Positions 1 through 8,829 of a stretch of 30,433 nt of DNA are shown here, piece by piece (the first letter of the stretch is position 1; the number at the start of each line of letters is the position of its first letter). Both the position numbers and the translations under genes were made by a program. Under the pieces are notes generated by a model that was not told the DNA's origin, made no database searches, and saw only the letters and a list, made by a program, of their open reading frames with translations. Origin of the DNA: Coleofasciculus chthonoplastes F2-STO-03 (lineage in GTDB: Bacteria; Cyanobacteriota; Cyanobacteriia; Cyanobacteriales; Coleofasciculaceae); NCBI GenBank assembly GCA_040222015.1, contig JAVJWO010000200.1, positions 1 to 30,433 of the forward strand. The letters run 5' to 3'.

Positions 1-3000
1 CCGCAGTCGGGAGACCACTTGAGTGGCGAGGAGGGAATGTCCCCCCAGTTCAAAGAAGTTGTGATGGATACCTACTTGCGGCTGTTTCAGGACTGTTGCG
101 AATACATTGGCGATTATTTCTTCTTTTTGTGTTCTTGGCGGTACATACTCGTTTGCATCGCTGAATGCTAAGTCGGGTATAGGTAACGCTCGACGATCAA
201 CTTTTTGATTGGGTGTTAACGGTAAGGCGTTTAGCGCAACAAATGCGGATGGAATGGCGTATTCTGGTAATTTTGACAACAGAAACTGCCGCAATTGTTC
301 GGCTGTTACGGTCTGTTCTGGTTGGGCAACGACATAGGCGACGAGTCGTTTTTCGTTGGCAGCGTTTCCCTGCACGGTGACGACTACTTGACTGATCTGT
401 GGGTGTTTGCTTAAAACGGCTTCGACTTCACCCAATTCGATCCGGAAGCCACGAATCTTGACCTGATGATCTACCCGCCCAAGAAACTCAATGTTGCCAT
501 CTGGCAAATACCGCGCCATGTCACCAGTTTGGTAAAGCTTTCCTGTGCCAAACGGATTGGACACGAATTTCTCGGCGGTTAAGTGGGGACGATTGAGATA
601 ACCTCGTGCCAGATTTGACCCGCCAATGAATAAAAAACCGGGAACGCCAATAGGAACGGGCTGCCATTGCTGGTCGAGAATGTAAATCTGTGTGTTGACA
701 ATCGGTTTACCAATGGGAGGATAAATTGGCCAGGTATCGGGTGAGTCGTTGAATATATAGGACGTAACGACATGGGTTTCTGATGGACCATAATGATTAT
801 GCAAGTGGCAATGGTTTAGCTGCTTAAACAACTCAATAATTGGCTGAGTAATTTGCAACTGCTCACCCGTTGTCACCACCTCAGTCAGATGACGAAACAA
901 ATGGGATTGATGCCCATAAAGTTGGGCAATCTGCTGCCACAAAGCGACGGGAAAAATGACTTTCTGTATGGGTTTCTCTGCTAAGAAATGGACGAGTTTC
1001 TCCACATCCAACTGGAGACTCTCGGAAATCATGTACAGTGTGCCACCAGAACACCAAGCCGCAAACATTTCATGAAAGCTGGCATCAAAACTGAGGGAAG
1101 CAAATTGGAGAACCCCAACCCCCTGTGCCATGGTTTCTAGATGCCAGTGAATCAGGTTACCTAGGGCTTGGTGAGATAGGGTAATGCCTTTGGGTTGCCC
1201 GGTCGAACCCGAGGTATAGATGACGTAGAGAAGGTTGTGGGGAGCGACGGAACTGGTAGGATTTTTGGTGGGTTGTTGGGTGATCAACTCCCTTTGTTCA
1301 TCTAGACAAACCAGATGAGCGCCATCAGGGAGCAGCGATCGCAATCGGGATTTCGTTAGGATGAGTTTAGATTGAGTATCCTCCAGCATAAACGCCAGCC
1401 GTTCTCGAGGATAGGCGGGGTCGAGGGGGACATAGGCTCCACCTGCTTTCAGGATGGCTAATAGTGCGATCGCCATGTCTAGAGAGCGTTCAACACACAA
1501 ACCCACTAATTCCTCCGGTCCTACCCCCAATGATTGCAGATAATGAGCTAACTGATTAGCTTGCTCATTCAACTGCTGATAGGTCAATACAGCATTGTTA
1601 AACTCTACGGCTATGGCATCAGGTGTGCGCTCAACCTGTTCCTCGAACCTCTGATGGAGACAGGTCTCTGAATAATCGGTAGTAGTCTGGTTCCACTCAA
1701 CTAACAACTGTTGCCGTTCCGTCTCGGTCAACCAGGGCAGTTCACCGACTTGCTGCTGTGGATTCGCCGCGATCGCGTTTAATAGTGTCGGTAAATGTCC
1801 TGCCATACGCGCTATGGCATCGGCGTCAAAACGACTGCGATCGTAACTTAGTTTAATTAATAATTCAGCTTCAGCCAGGATCAACACCGTCAGGGGATAA
1901 TTGGTTTGTTCAAAAACCTCTACATCCGTGACGGTGAGGGCGTGGTTTGACTGCCGCAACGATTGATCGACCGGATAGTTTTCAAACACCACAATGCTCT
2001 CAAACAGGGCGACTGGGGCTTGCACCTCACTGAGCTGTTGAATGTCTGCTAGAGGAATATAGCTATACTCCTGGAGGTCGATCTGTGTCTGTTGGAGTTG
2101 CTCTAGCCAAGGCAACAAGGGCTTGTCTCTGGGGACTGAAACCCGCAAGGGTAGGGTGTTAATGAACAGTCCAACCATCTCTTGGATGCCGGATAAGTTA
2201 CCCGAACGTCCCGATACCGTTACCCCAAACACAACCTCTGACGCTCCGCTATAGCGACTCAACAACAGCGCCCAAGCACCTTGGATCAGGGTGGCTAAGG
2301 TGAGAGAATGCTCTCGGGCTAAGGCTTGAAGTCCTTGAGTAACGTCGGATGATAATCGCAGTTCCTGGGTTTGATAATTGGGTTGCTGCTCCCAGCTTTG
2401 ACGCTGAGGTCGATCAACGACTAGGGGTGTGGGCGCTCTAAATCCCTGGAGCGTCCGTCGCCAAAATGCTTCCGCCTCGGATCGGTCTTGCTGTTGCAAC
2501 CAAGCGATGTAGTCTCGATAGGGACGAGGCGTCGTCAGCAAACCCCTTTGACCTGGATTGTGGGCTTCGTAGAAGGTCAACACTTCTTTGAGCAGAATGG
2601 GGAGACACCAACCATCCATTAAGATATGGTGATGACTCCAGAGAAACTGATAGCGTTGCTCCGGAAGCTCAATCAGCGTAAAGCGCATTAGGGGAGCCTG
2701 GTTGAGAACAAACCCCTGATGGCGGTCTGATTGCAACAAGTCCTGCAAGCCATGCTGTTGCTCCCGGGCAGATAGATCGCGCCAATCGTAATCCGTCCAA
2801 GGTAACTCCCCCTGTTTGCGGACTACCTGTAGGGGTTGCTGTTGATTTTCCCACACAAATAACGTCCGCAAAACGGGATGGCGTTCGATCACCTTCTGCC
2901 ATGCTTGCTTAAAGGCAGCGCGATTAAGATGCCCCGACAGGGTAAACAACTTTTGCTCAACATAGACTCCTGAATGGGGCGAATAAAGGGTATGAAACAA

Positions 3001-3072
3001 CATTCCCTGCTGCATTGGTGAGAGCGGATAAATTGCTTCTATAGTCTTGCGCTTTTCTGCTGTTTGATTCAC
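1..3072 (-). CDS. NRPS, 3'-truncated at window edge: C(DCL)-A(Pro-clade)-PCP (not in supplied ORF track because there is no stop in the window)
   Basis: Manual translation: GTG at 3072-3070 overlaps the TGA of the upstream NRPS (GTGA). Reads MNQTAEKRKTIEAIYPLSPMQQGMLFH...WSHHHILMDGWC (DCL-type C), LLYVIYTSGSTG (A3), FDASFHEMF, NHYGPSETHVV (A5), YQTGDMAR, NQKVDR, FFELGGHSLL (PCP). Same frame found at every checkpoint translated (2700, 1980, 1260, 1140-721). Confidence 0.93.
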   Translation of the reverse strand, partial: MNQTAEKRKTIEAIYPLSPMQQGMLFHTLYSPHSGVYVEQKLFTLSGHLNRAAFKQAWQKVIERHPVLRTLFVWENQQQPLQVVRKQGELPWTDYDWRDLSAREQQHGLQDLLQSDRHQGFVLNQAPLMRFTLIELPEQRYQFLWSHHHILMDGWCLPILLKEVLTFYEAHNPGQRGLLTTPRPYRDYIAWLQQQDRSEAEAFWRRTLQGFRAPTPLVVDRPQRQSWEQQPNYQTQELRLSSDVTQGLQALAREHSLTLATLIQGAWALLLSRYSGASEVVFGVTVSGRSGNLSGIQEMVGLFINTLPLRVSVPRDKPLLPWLEQLQQTQIDLQEYSYIPLADIQQLSEVQAPVALFESIVVFENYPVDQSLRQSNHALTVTDVEVFEQTNYPLTVLILAEAELLIKLSYDRSRFDADAIARMAGHLPTLLNAIAANPQQQVGELPWLTETERQQLLVEWNQTTTDYSETCLHQRFEEQVERTPDAIAVEFNNAVLTYQQLNEQANQLAHYLQSLGVGPEELVGLCVERSLDMAIALLAILKAGGAYVPLDPAYPRERLAFMLEDTQSKLILTKSRLRSLLPDGAHLVCLDEQRELITQQPTKNPTSSVAPHNLLYVIYTSGSTGQPKGITLSHQALGNLIHWHLETMAQGVGVLQFASLSFDASFHEMFAAWCSGGTLYMISESLQLDVEKLVHFLAEKPIQKVIFPVALWQQIAQLYGHQSHLFRHLTEVVTTGEQLQITQPIIELFKQLNHCHLHNHYGPSETHVVTSYIFNDSPDTWPIYPPIGKPIVNTQIYILDQQWQPVPIGVPGFLFIGGSNLARGYLNRPHLTAEKFVSNPFGTGKLYQTGDMARYLPDGNIEFLGRVDHQVKIRGFRIELGEVEAVLSKHPQISQVVVTVQGNAANEKRLVAYVVAQPEQTVTAEQLRQFLLSKLPEYAIPSAFVALNALPLTPNQKVDRRALPIPDLAFSDANEYVPPRTQKEEIIANVFATVLKQPQVGIHHNFFELGGHSLLATQVVSRLR

Positions 3073-6000
3073 AGTCCTACCTCTTCCAATAAACTATCCA
3101 GTTCTTGTTGGTTCAACCCAGCTTCCGGAAAATCTGAGGGAGTGTATCCCTGGGCTTCAGGAGACAGACAATGGTCAATTAGTCCCTGGAGGGCTTCTTT
3201 ATAGTGATTAGCTAGTTGTTTTACTGTATCACTCTGATGAATTTTCGGGCAATAGGTCCACGTAATTTGCAATTCTCCTTCCACAATCATGGCATTTATA
3301 TCCAATAAATAGGGGCGATTTCCCTGGGGACTACGGTCGAACTTCTGCAAGCGATCATTAAATTGCCAACTCACGCCCAAGACGGTTTCTTGTCGCAATT
3401 GCCCAAAGTAATTAAAGCGAATCTCTGCTTGAGGCAATGCCTTCAGTTGACGGCAAATTTCACGATCTTGACTGAGATAACGGAGAATGCCGTAGCCAAT
3501 CCCCCGATCGGGAATAGCACGCAATTGTTCTTTGATTGCCTTAAGTTGATCTCCAGGTTCCGTTGAATTGGCATCCTGTAATAGGACGGGAAAAATACTC
3601 GTAAACCAGCCAACTGTTCGGGATACATCCACCGCCTCAAATAAGTCTTCTCGTCCATGGGCTTCCAAATCAATGAGAATGGCAGCGCTGCCCGTCCATG
3701 TCTTCAATGTCTGTACTAATGCGGTCAAAAGAATATCATTGATTTGGGTATTGTAGGCAACCGATACCTCCTGAAGGAGTGCGTCCGTTTGCTTTTGAGC
3801 TAACGCCACAGATACGTCAGCGGCATTTGCCACCGTATTCTGCTGTTGATGCGTCGGTTCATCCCTAGGCAGTGGTGCGACGTTCGACCAAGGTAAATTC
3901 AGCCAATACTGCAACTGTTGCTGTAAGCCCCTTGATTGGGCATAATCACGCAGACGCCTCGACCAATCTTGAAAGGCGGTGGTTTTCGGCGGCAGTTGTC
4001 GGCTTTCTCCCTGTTCTAGCTGCTGATAAACCCTCAATAAGTCCTCAATCAGTATCCGCCAAGAAACGGCATCGACGGCGAGGTGATGAATGATGATCAG
4101 TAAACGTCCTTCACGGTTGCTACCCAACTTAAACAGTATGACTCGCATCAACGGACCGACTGAGAGATTTAAGCTGGCTTGTCGGGCAGCCGCCATGTCT
4201 TCAATCGCCCTGGATTGTTGGGATGGGGACTGATCCGATAAATCAACCGACTCAAACGGTACAGTATCTTCCCGCCCGTTGTTGATTTGCTGCCAGTTCC
4301 CTGCCTGAACATGAAACCGTAGACGTAAGGCATCATGATGCTCTAGTAATTGGCTAACCGCTTGGCACAAAACCTCAGCCTGGAAGGTATGGGGCACTTG
4401 TAGCAGTACCGATTGATTAAAATGGTGGGGTTCAGACCAATTTTGCTCGAAAAACCAGGTTTGAATGGGAGTCAGGGGAACGTCTCCCGTGACAACCTGC
4501 TGTTGGGCAACCACAGCTGTGGTTGTGTTGGCGACAGCCGCCAGTTCAGCCAGGGTTTGATATTGAAAGAGCTGTTTTGGCGTGATTTGAAGACCCATTT
4601 GCTTGGCGCGAGAGACCACCTGGATACTCAGGATCGAGTCTCCGCCGATGGCAAAGAAATTATCATGGCGGCTCACGGGAGGCAGATCCAGAACCTCCTG
4701 CCAAATCACCGCTAAGGTCTGTTCTATGGGGGTTTGGGGCGGGACAAACTCAGTTTCGCGAACTCCATTCACTTCGGGATCAGGTAAGGCTTGGCGATCG
4801 AGCTTACCGTTGGCTAACAGGGGCAGTTCCGCCAACACCACAAAGGTCGTGGGTATCATATACTCAGGCAGATGCTGCTTCAGGAAGTGGCGTAGCTCAC
4901 TAATCGGGGGGGCGGGTTCGTGGTTGACCACCACATAGCCCACCAGACGCTTGTCTCCTGATGTTTCGGATCGAGCAATAACTGCTGCCGTCTGCACTTG
5001 TGGGTGTTCACTGAGGATGGCTTCAATCTCTGTGAGTTCAATCCGGAAGCCACGAATTTTGACTTGGAGATCAATGCGACCTAGCAACTCAATGGTGCCA
5101 TCTGGCAGGTAACGGGCAAGATCTCCGGTTTTGTACAGACGTGATCCTGGCTCCTGGCTAAAGGGATTGGGGATGAATTTAAGCGCGGTGAGGTCGGGTC
5201 GGTTGAGGTAGCCTCGGGCTAAATAGACACCACCGATATGTAATTCACCAGGAACGCCGATGGGTACCGGTTGTAGCTCGGAGTCAAGAATGTAGATTTG
5301 TGTATTCGCCAGGGGACGACCCAAGGGAAGTTGTGAGTATTGGGACAACTCTGACTGGTCCTCGACCTGATAGACTAAGACGCCGACGGTGGCTTCTGTT
5401 GGACCGTAGTGATTAAAAATGGTACAGGTTGGGGCTTGCTCTTGAAGGCGTTGCACCCAATCTGCATTGGAGGATTCACCACCGAGAATCAAGAGTTTTT
5501 GGGGCAGGACTGACTGTTGAGTGGTTGGGGTTTGCAACGCCGCCAGATGGGAGGGAACGATTTTGAAATAGTCTATGGGATGGCGAGTGAAGTAGTCAGC
5601 AAAGGCATCTGGGTCAAACACTCGTTGATCACAAAGGAGATGAAGAGTTCCCCCGGTCGATAAACAGGCAAAAATATTGGTGAGTCCTGAATCCGCACTA
5701 ATGGTAGCCGCTAAAGCAAAATGGCGATTGGGCTGAAACGTCATCCGATCGGTCACACCGTAGTGGTAATTTAAGATGGATTTTTGCTCAATGGCAACTC
5801 CCTTGGGCTTGCCAGTAGACCCAGAGGTATAAATGACATAGGCAAGGTTATGGGCATGGGTGCGACAGACTGGATTCTCCTGACTCTTGGCATCCAGGTT
5901 TTGGTTATCTATGTCTAAACAAATGACATGGGCTGAAGATGGTGGCAAGAGATCCAAGAATTTTGGCTGAGTGAGCAGCACTAAGACTTGGGAATCACTT

Positions 6001-7883
6001 AACATATAGTGCAAACGTTCTGGGGGATAGGTGGGGTCAAGGGGGACATAAGCACCACCAGCTTTGAGAATCCCCAGCAGCGCCACGATGATTTCGACAG
6101 AGCGCTCAAAACAGATGCCCACCAACACCTCTGGACCGACACCCAAGCCTTGTAAATCGTATGCCAATTGATTCGCCCGACGATTTAATTCTGAGTAGGT
6201 CAGGAGATGGTCTTCACAAACCACGGCTACCGCATCGGGGGTTTGTTCCACTTGTGCCTCGAACAACTGATGGATGCACTTGTCCTGGGGATAATCCGCT
6301 GCTGTTTGGTTCCATTCCACCAGCAACTGGTATTTCTGTTGCTCACTCAGGAGTGGGAATTGACTCACCCGCTGTTCTGGAGTCGTTGCGATCGCGGACA
6401 ATAGTGTTTGGAAATGCCCAGCCATGCGAGCAATGGTTTCTGGGTTGAATAGGTCTGTATTGTACTTCCAGGTTCCAATTAAGCCTTGTTCGCTCTCCTC
6501 GATCATTAATGTCAGATCAAACTTGGCGGTTTGTGTCTCTGGAGCGAAGGGGTTTAGAGTCACCCCAGGTAACACTAATGGCTCTTTGGGTACATTCTGA
6601 AATACGAACAAGACTTGGAACAGTGGCGAGTAGCTTAATGAACGCTCGGGTTGCAGGGCTTCCACCACTTGCTCAAAGGGTAAATCCTGATGAGCATACC
6701 CTTGCAATGTGACGTCCCGTACTTGCTCGAGCAATTGGACAAAACTGGGATTGTCCTCCAGGCGCACGCGCAATACCAATATGTTGGCAATAAAGCCGAT
6801 CAGGGGTTCAATTTCGGCTCGGTTGCGATTAGCGATGGGTGAACCGATGAGAATATCCTCTTGAGCGCTGTAGCGGTACAATAGGGTAGAAAATGCCGCC
6901 AACAGCGTCATGAATAGCGTTGTGCCACACCGTTGGCTCAAGTCCTGCAACTGTTGAGTTAACCAGGGGTCGATAATGAAGGTTTGAGCCTCACCCCGAT
7001 AGCGTTGCACCGAGGGTCGAGGGCGGTCCGTGGGCAGTTTGAGCAAAGAGGGCGCATTGGCTAACTGCTGTTTCCAGTAAGACAGTTGGGATTCGAGCCA
7101 CTCGCCATTGAGCCGATGACGCTGCCAATGGGCATAGTCAGCATACTGGATCACCAGTTCCGGCAACTGAGAGGGTTTCTGTTGACTAAAGCTTTGATAC
7201 AAAGCCGAAAGTTCTTGAATAAAAATACCGATTGACCAATAGTCGCAAATGATATGGTGCATCACAATCAACAGCACCCATTCATCCGGCGCGAGGTGGA
7301 TCAACGTGGCATACACTAGCGGTCCTGCGGCTAAATCAACCCGCATCTGGGCTTGCTGTTGGGCATAATCAGACAATCGGCTCTCGCGATCGCTTTGGGA
7401 TAGATGCTGCCAATCCAATTGTGTCAGTTCTGCCGTTGCCTCGGGTGCGATCGCTTGCTGTGGCATACCATCGACCAAAGGGAAAGTCGTCCGCAGCACT
7501 TCATGGCGGCGCAAAACCTCGGTAAAGGCACGTTGTATGGCACTGACATCTAGCTCACCTATAATTCGGATTCCACCATGCTCGTTATAGGCAGTTGAAC
7601 CTTCGAGTTGGTCAAGAAACCAGAGTCGCTCTTGACCAAATGAGAGCGGTAAGGGTTGGTTCCTCGGAATAACCTGAATGGGGGGTAATGCCGATTTCAC
7701 CTTGCCCTCGACTGTATTCAGAAAGGCGAGGATTTCTGGTTTATACTCGGCAATTTCTTGACGGAGTTCAGCGGTTAAAACGCCTTTCGGGGCTCGATAC
7801 CGTAACTTTTCTCCTTCAGCAATTACTTGAATATTTAGTTTTCGGAGTCGAGATAGAAATTTGACCACCCGGCTTTGATTCAT
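3069..7883 (-). CDS. NRPS: TubC_N-like docking domain-C-A(Asp)-PCP-E with C-terminal COM donor
   Basis: N-term LRYRAPKGVLT; C motif HHIICDY; A code read as DSTKIGHVGK (Asp-type); PCP GGDSIL; E motifs PIQTWF, HHLAVDAVSW, EAHGRE, RTVGWFT, FNYFGQ; C-term YTPSDFPEAGLNQQELDSLL. Confidence 0.95.
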   Translation of the reverse strand: MNQSRVVKFLSRLRKLNIQVIAEGEKLRYRAPKGVLTAELRQEIAEYKPEILAFLNTVEGKVKSALPPIQVIPRNQPLPLSFGQERLWFLDQLEGSTAYNEHGGIRIIGELDVSAIQRAFTEVLRRHEVLRTTFPLVDGMPQQAIAPEATAELTQLDWQHLSQSDRESRLSDYAQQQAQMRVDLAAGPLVYATLIHLAPDEWVLLIVMHHIICDYWSIGIFIQELSALYQSFSQQKPSQLPELVIQYADYAHWQRHRLNGEWLESQLSYWKQQLANAPSLLKLPTDRPRPSVQRYRGEAQTFIIDPWLTQQLQDLSQRCGTTLFMTLLAAFSTLLYRYSAQEDILIGSPIANRNRAEIEPLIGFIANILVLRVRLEDNPSFVQLLEQVRDVTLQGYAHQDLPFEQVVEALQPERSLSYSPLFQVLFVFQNVPKEPLVLPGVTLNPFAPETQTAKFDLTLMIEESEQGLIGTWKYNTDLFNPETIARMAGHFQTLLSAIATTPEQRVSQFPLLSEQQKYQLLVEWNQTAADYPQDKCIHQLFEAQVEQTPDAVAVVCEDHLLTYSELNRRANQLAYDLQGLGVGPEVLVGICFERSVEIIVALLGILKAGGAYVPLDPTYPPERLHYMLSDSQVLVLLTQPKFLDLLPPSSAHVICLDIDNQNLDAKSQENPVCRTHAHNLAYVIYTSGSTGKPKGVAIEQKSILNYHYGVTDRMTFQPNRHFALAATISADSGLTNIFACLSTGGTLHLLCDQRVFDPDAFADYFTRHPIDYFKIVPSHLAALQTPTTQQSVLPQKLLILGGESSNADWVQRLQEQAPTCTIFNHYGPTEATVGVLVYQVEDQSELSQYSQLPLGRPLANTQIYILDSELQPVPIGVPGELHIGGVYLARGYLNRPDLTALKFIPNPFSQEPGSRLYKTGDLARYLPDGTIELLGRIDLQVKIRGFRIELTEIEAILSEHPQVQTAAVIARSETSGDKRLVGYVVVNHEPAPPISELRHFLKQHLPEYMIPTTFVVLAELPLLANGKLDRQALPDPEVNGVRETEFVPPQTPIEQTLAVIWQEVLDLPPVSRHDNFFAIGGDSILSIQVVSRAKQMGLQITPKQLFQYQTLAELAAVANTTTAVVAQQQVVTGDVPLTPIQTWFFEQNWSEPHHFNQSVLLQVPHTFQAEVLCQAVSQLLEHHDALRLRFHVQAGNWQQINNGREDTVPFESVDLSDQSPSQQSRAIEDMAAARQASLNLSVGPLMRVILFKLGSNREGRLLIIIHHLAVDAVSWRILIEDLLRVYQQLEQGESRQLPPKTTAFQDWSRRLRDYAQSRGLQQQLQYWLNLPWSNVAPLPRDEPTHQQQNTVANAADVSVALAQKQTDALLQEVSVAYNTQINDILLTALVQTLKTWTGSAAILIDLEAHGREDLFEAVDVSRTVGWFTSIFPVLLQDANSTEPGDQLKAIKEQLRAIPDRGIGYGILRYLSQDREICRQLKALPQAEIRFNYFGQLRQETVLGVSWQFNDRLQKFDRSPQGNRPYLLDINAMIVEGELQITWTYCPKIHQSDTVKQLANHYKEALQGLIDHCLSPEAQGYTPSDFPEAGLNQQELDSLLEEVGL

Positions 7884-7900
7884 TGTTCTTCCTCTTCTTG
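7884..7900 (-). promoter_or_regulatory. Purine-rich ribosome-binding region for the Asp-module NRPS
   Basis: Minus strand reads CAAGAAGAGGAAGAACA directly before the ATG at 7883. Confidence 0.55.
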
Positions 7901-7948
7901 CTCCATACTCTCTGGCTATTGGCTCACTCTAGCTCCATGTTTATCTAT

Positions 7949-8800
7949 CTAAATCCTGGATGAACGGTAAATCGCTTCCAGTATGTTTCGTTCGGTTTGG
8001 GTCAGTTCGGGATGCCATAAATCGATAATGAACGCGACTCGTCGGGTTTGCCCTTTATGGAAAACCTCATGCTCGAATGAATCGTCAAAGATTAGACAGT
8101 TGTCACGAGTCCAATACCGAATATCATCCTTCACTCGTATCCAAACATTTTCTGGTGTTTCCAACCCTAAGTGATATCGTAGCCGACCATTCGTATAACT
8201 ACAGTGGGCTGGAATGTGTACCCCGGGTTGCAGCACGGAAAAATAAGCCATGCCGTGCCAATTACAGCAGTGGGGTAATTGCTCGATAATCCGGGTGGTT
8301 TGGGGACAGAGTTTACAGTTCGCCTCATCTTTGACGCCATTACGGAACAGGGAAAAAGTCTCCCATTTGCCATCCCTAACTAGGGTCGCTGGATGTTTTT
8401 TGTAAAATGATTCATCAATGGCATAGAATTCCTGGCGGATACTATCGGCATGGTGTTCCAAGAGTTCTGCATTCTCATCTGTCTCGTGAAAGGGTTTTGC
8501 CGTCAAAAACGGAAAATAGAGTAAAGGACGCTGCATTTTGTCAAGATAATGGTTGTCTTGATCATGACGCCATGCCTTCCTCAGCAGATCCATGACATTC
8601 GGGGAAACCAAGTCGCCAAATTGAAACCGTCCCGAATAAATCGTTTTTAATCTAACGAAGTCAGGATTTTGACTATTTTGACGGATAGTCTGGTAACTAT
8701 TAAATAACGTCCGCAGCCTAGCTAAAGATAGTTTTTGACGCATCATCCTGTTGTTGGTTTCAATGACCCCATAATTTGTAAGTTGACAGTGTTGATTCAA
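7949..8800 (-). CDS. Aspartyl/asparaginyl beta-hydroxylase family 2OG-Fe(II) oxygenase (true start may be ATG at 8746 or 8743 rather than TTG at 8800)
   Basis: Family motifs LCPQTTRII, YFSVLQPGVHIPAHC..NGRLRYHLGL, IFDDSFEHEV, RVAFIIDLWHP. Lies directly upstream of the Asp-activating NRPS. Confidence 0.88.
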   Translation of the reverse strand: MNQHCQLTNYGVIETNNRMMRQKLSLARLRTLFNSYQTIRQNSQNPDFVRLKTIYSGRFQFGDLVSPNVMDLLRKAWRHDQDNHYLDKMQRPLLYFPFLTAKPFHETDENAELLEHHADSIRQEFYAIDESFYKKHPATLVRDGKWETFSLFRNGVKDEANCKLCPQTTRIIEQLPHCCNWHGMAYFSVLQPGVHIPAHCSYTNGRLRYHLGLETPENVWIRVKDDIRYWTRDNCLIFDDSFEHEVFHKGQTRRVAFIIDLWHPELTQTERNILEAIYRSSRI

Positions 8801-8829
8801 TCAATCCGATGCTTTATCGCTCTAGCGTT

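Noticed and set aside
6180..6330. Similarity to 28730-28880 and other A-domain segments (YPQDKCIH.LFE.QVEQTPDAVAVV; GRID.QVKIRGFRIEL)
   Set aside because: Ordinary paralogy among NRPS modules with many synonymous differences, not a mobile or tandem repeat.
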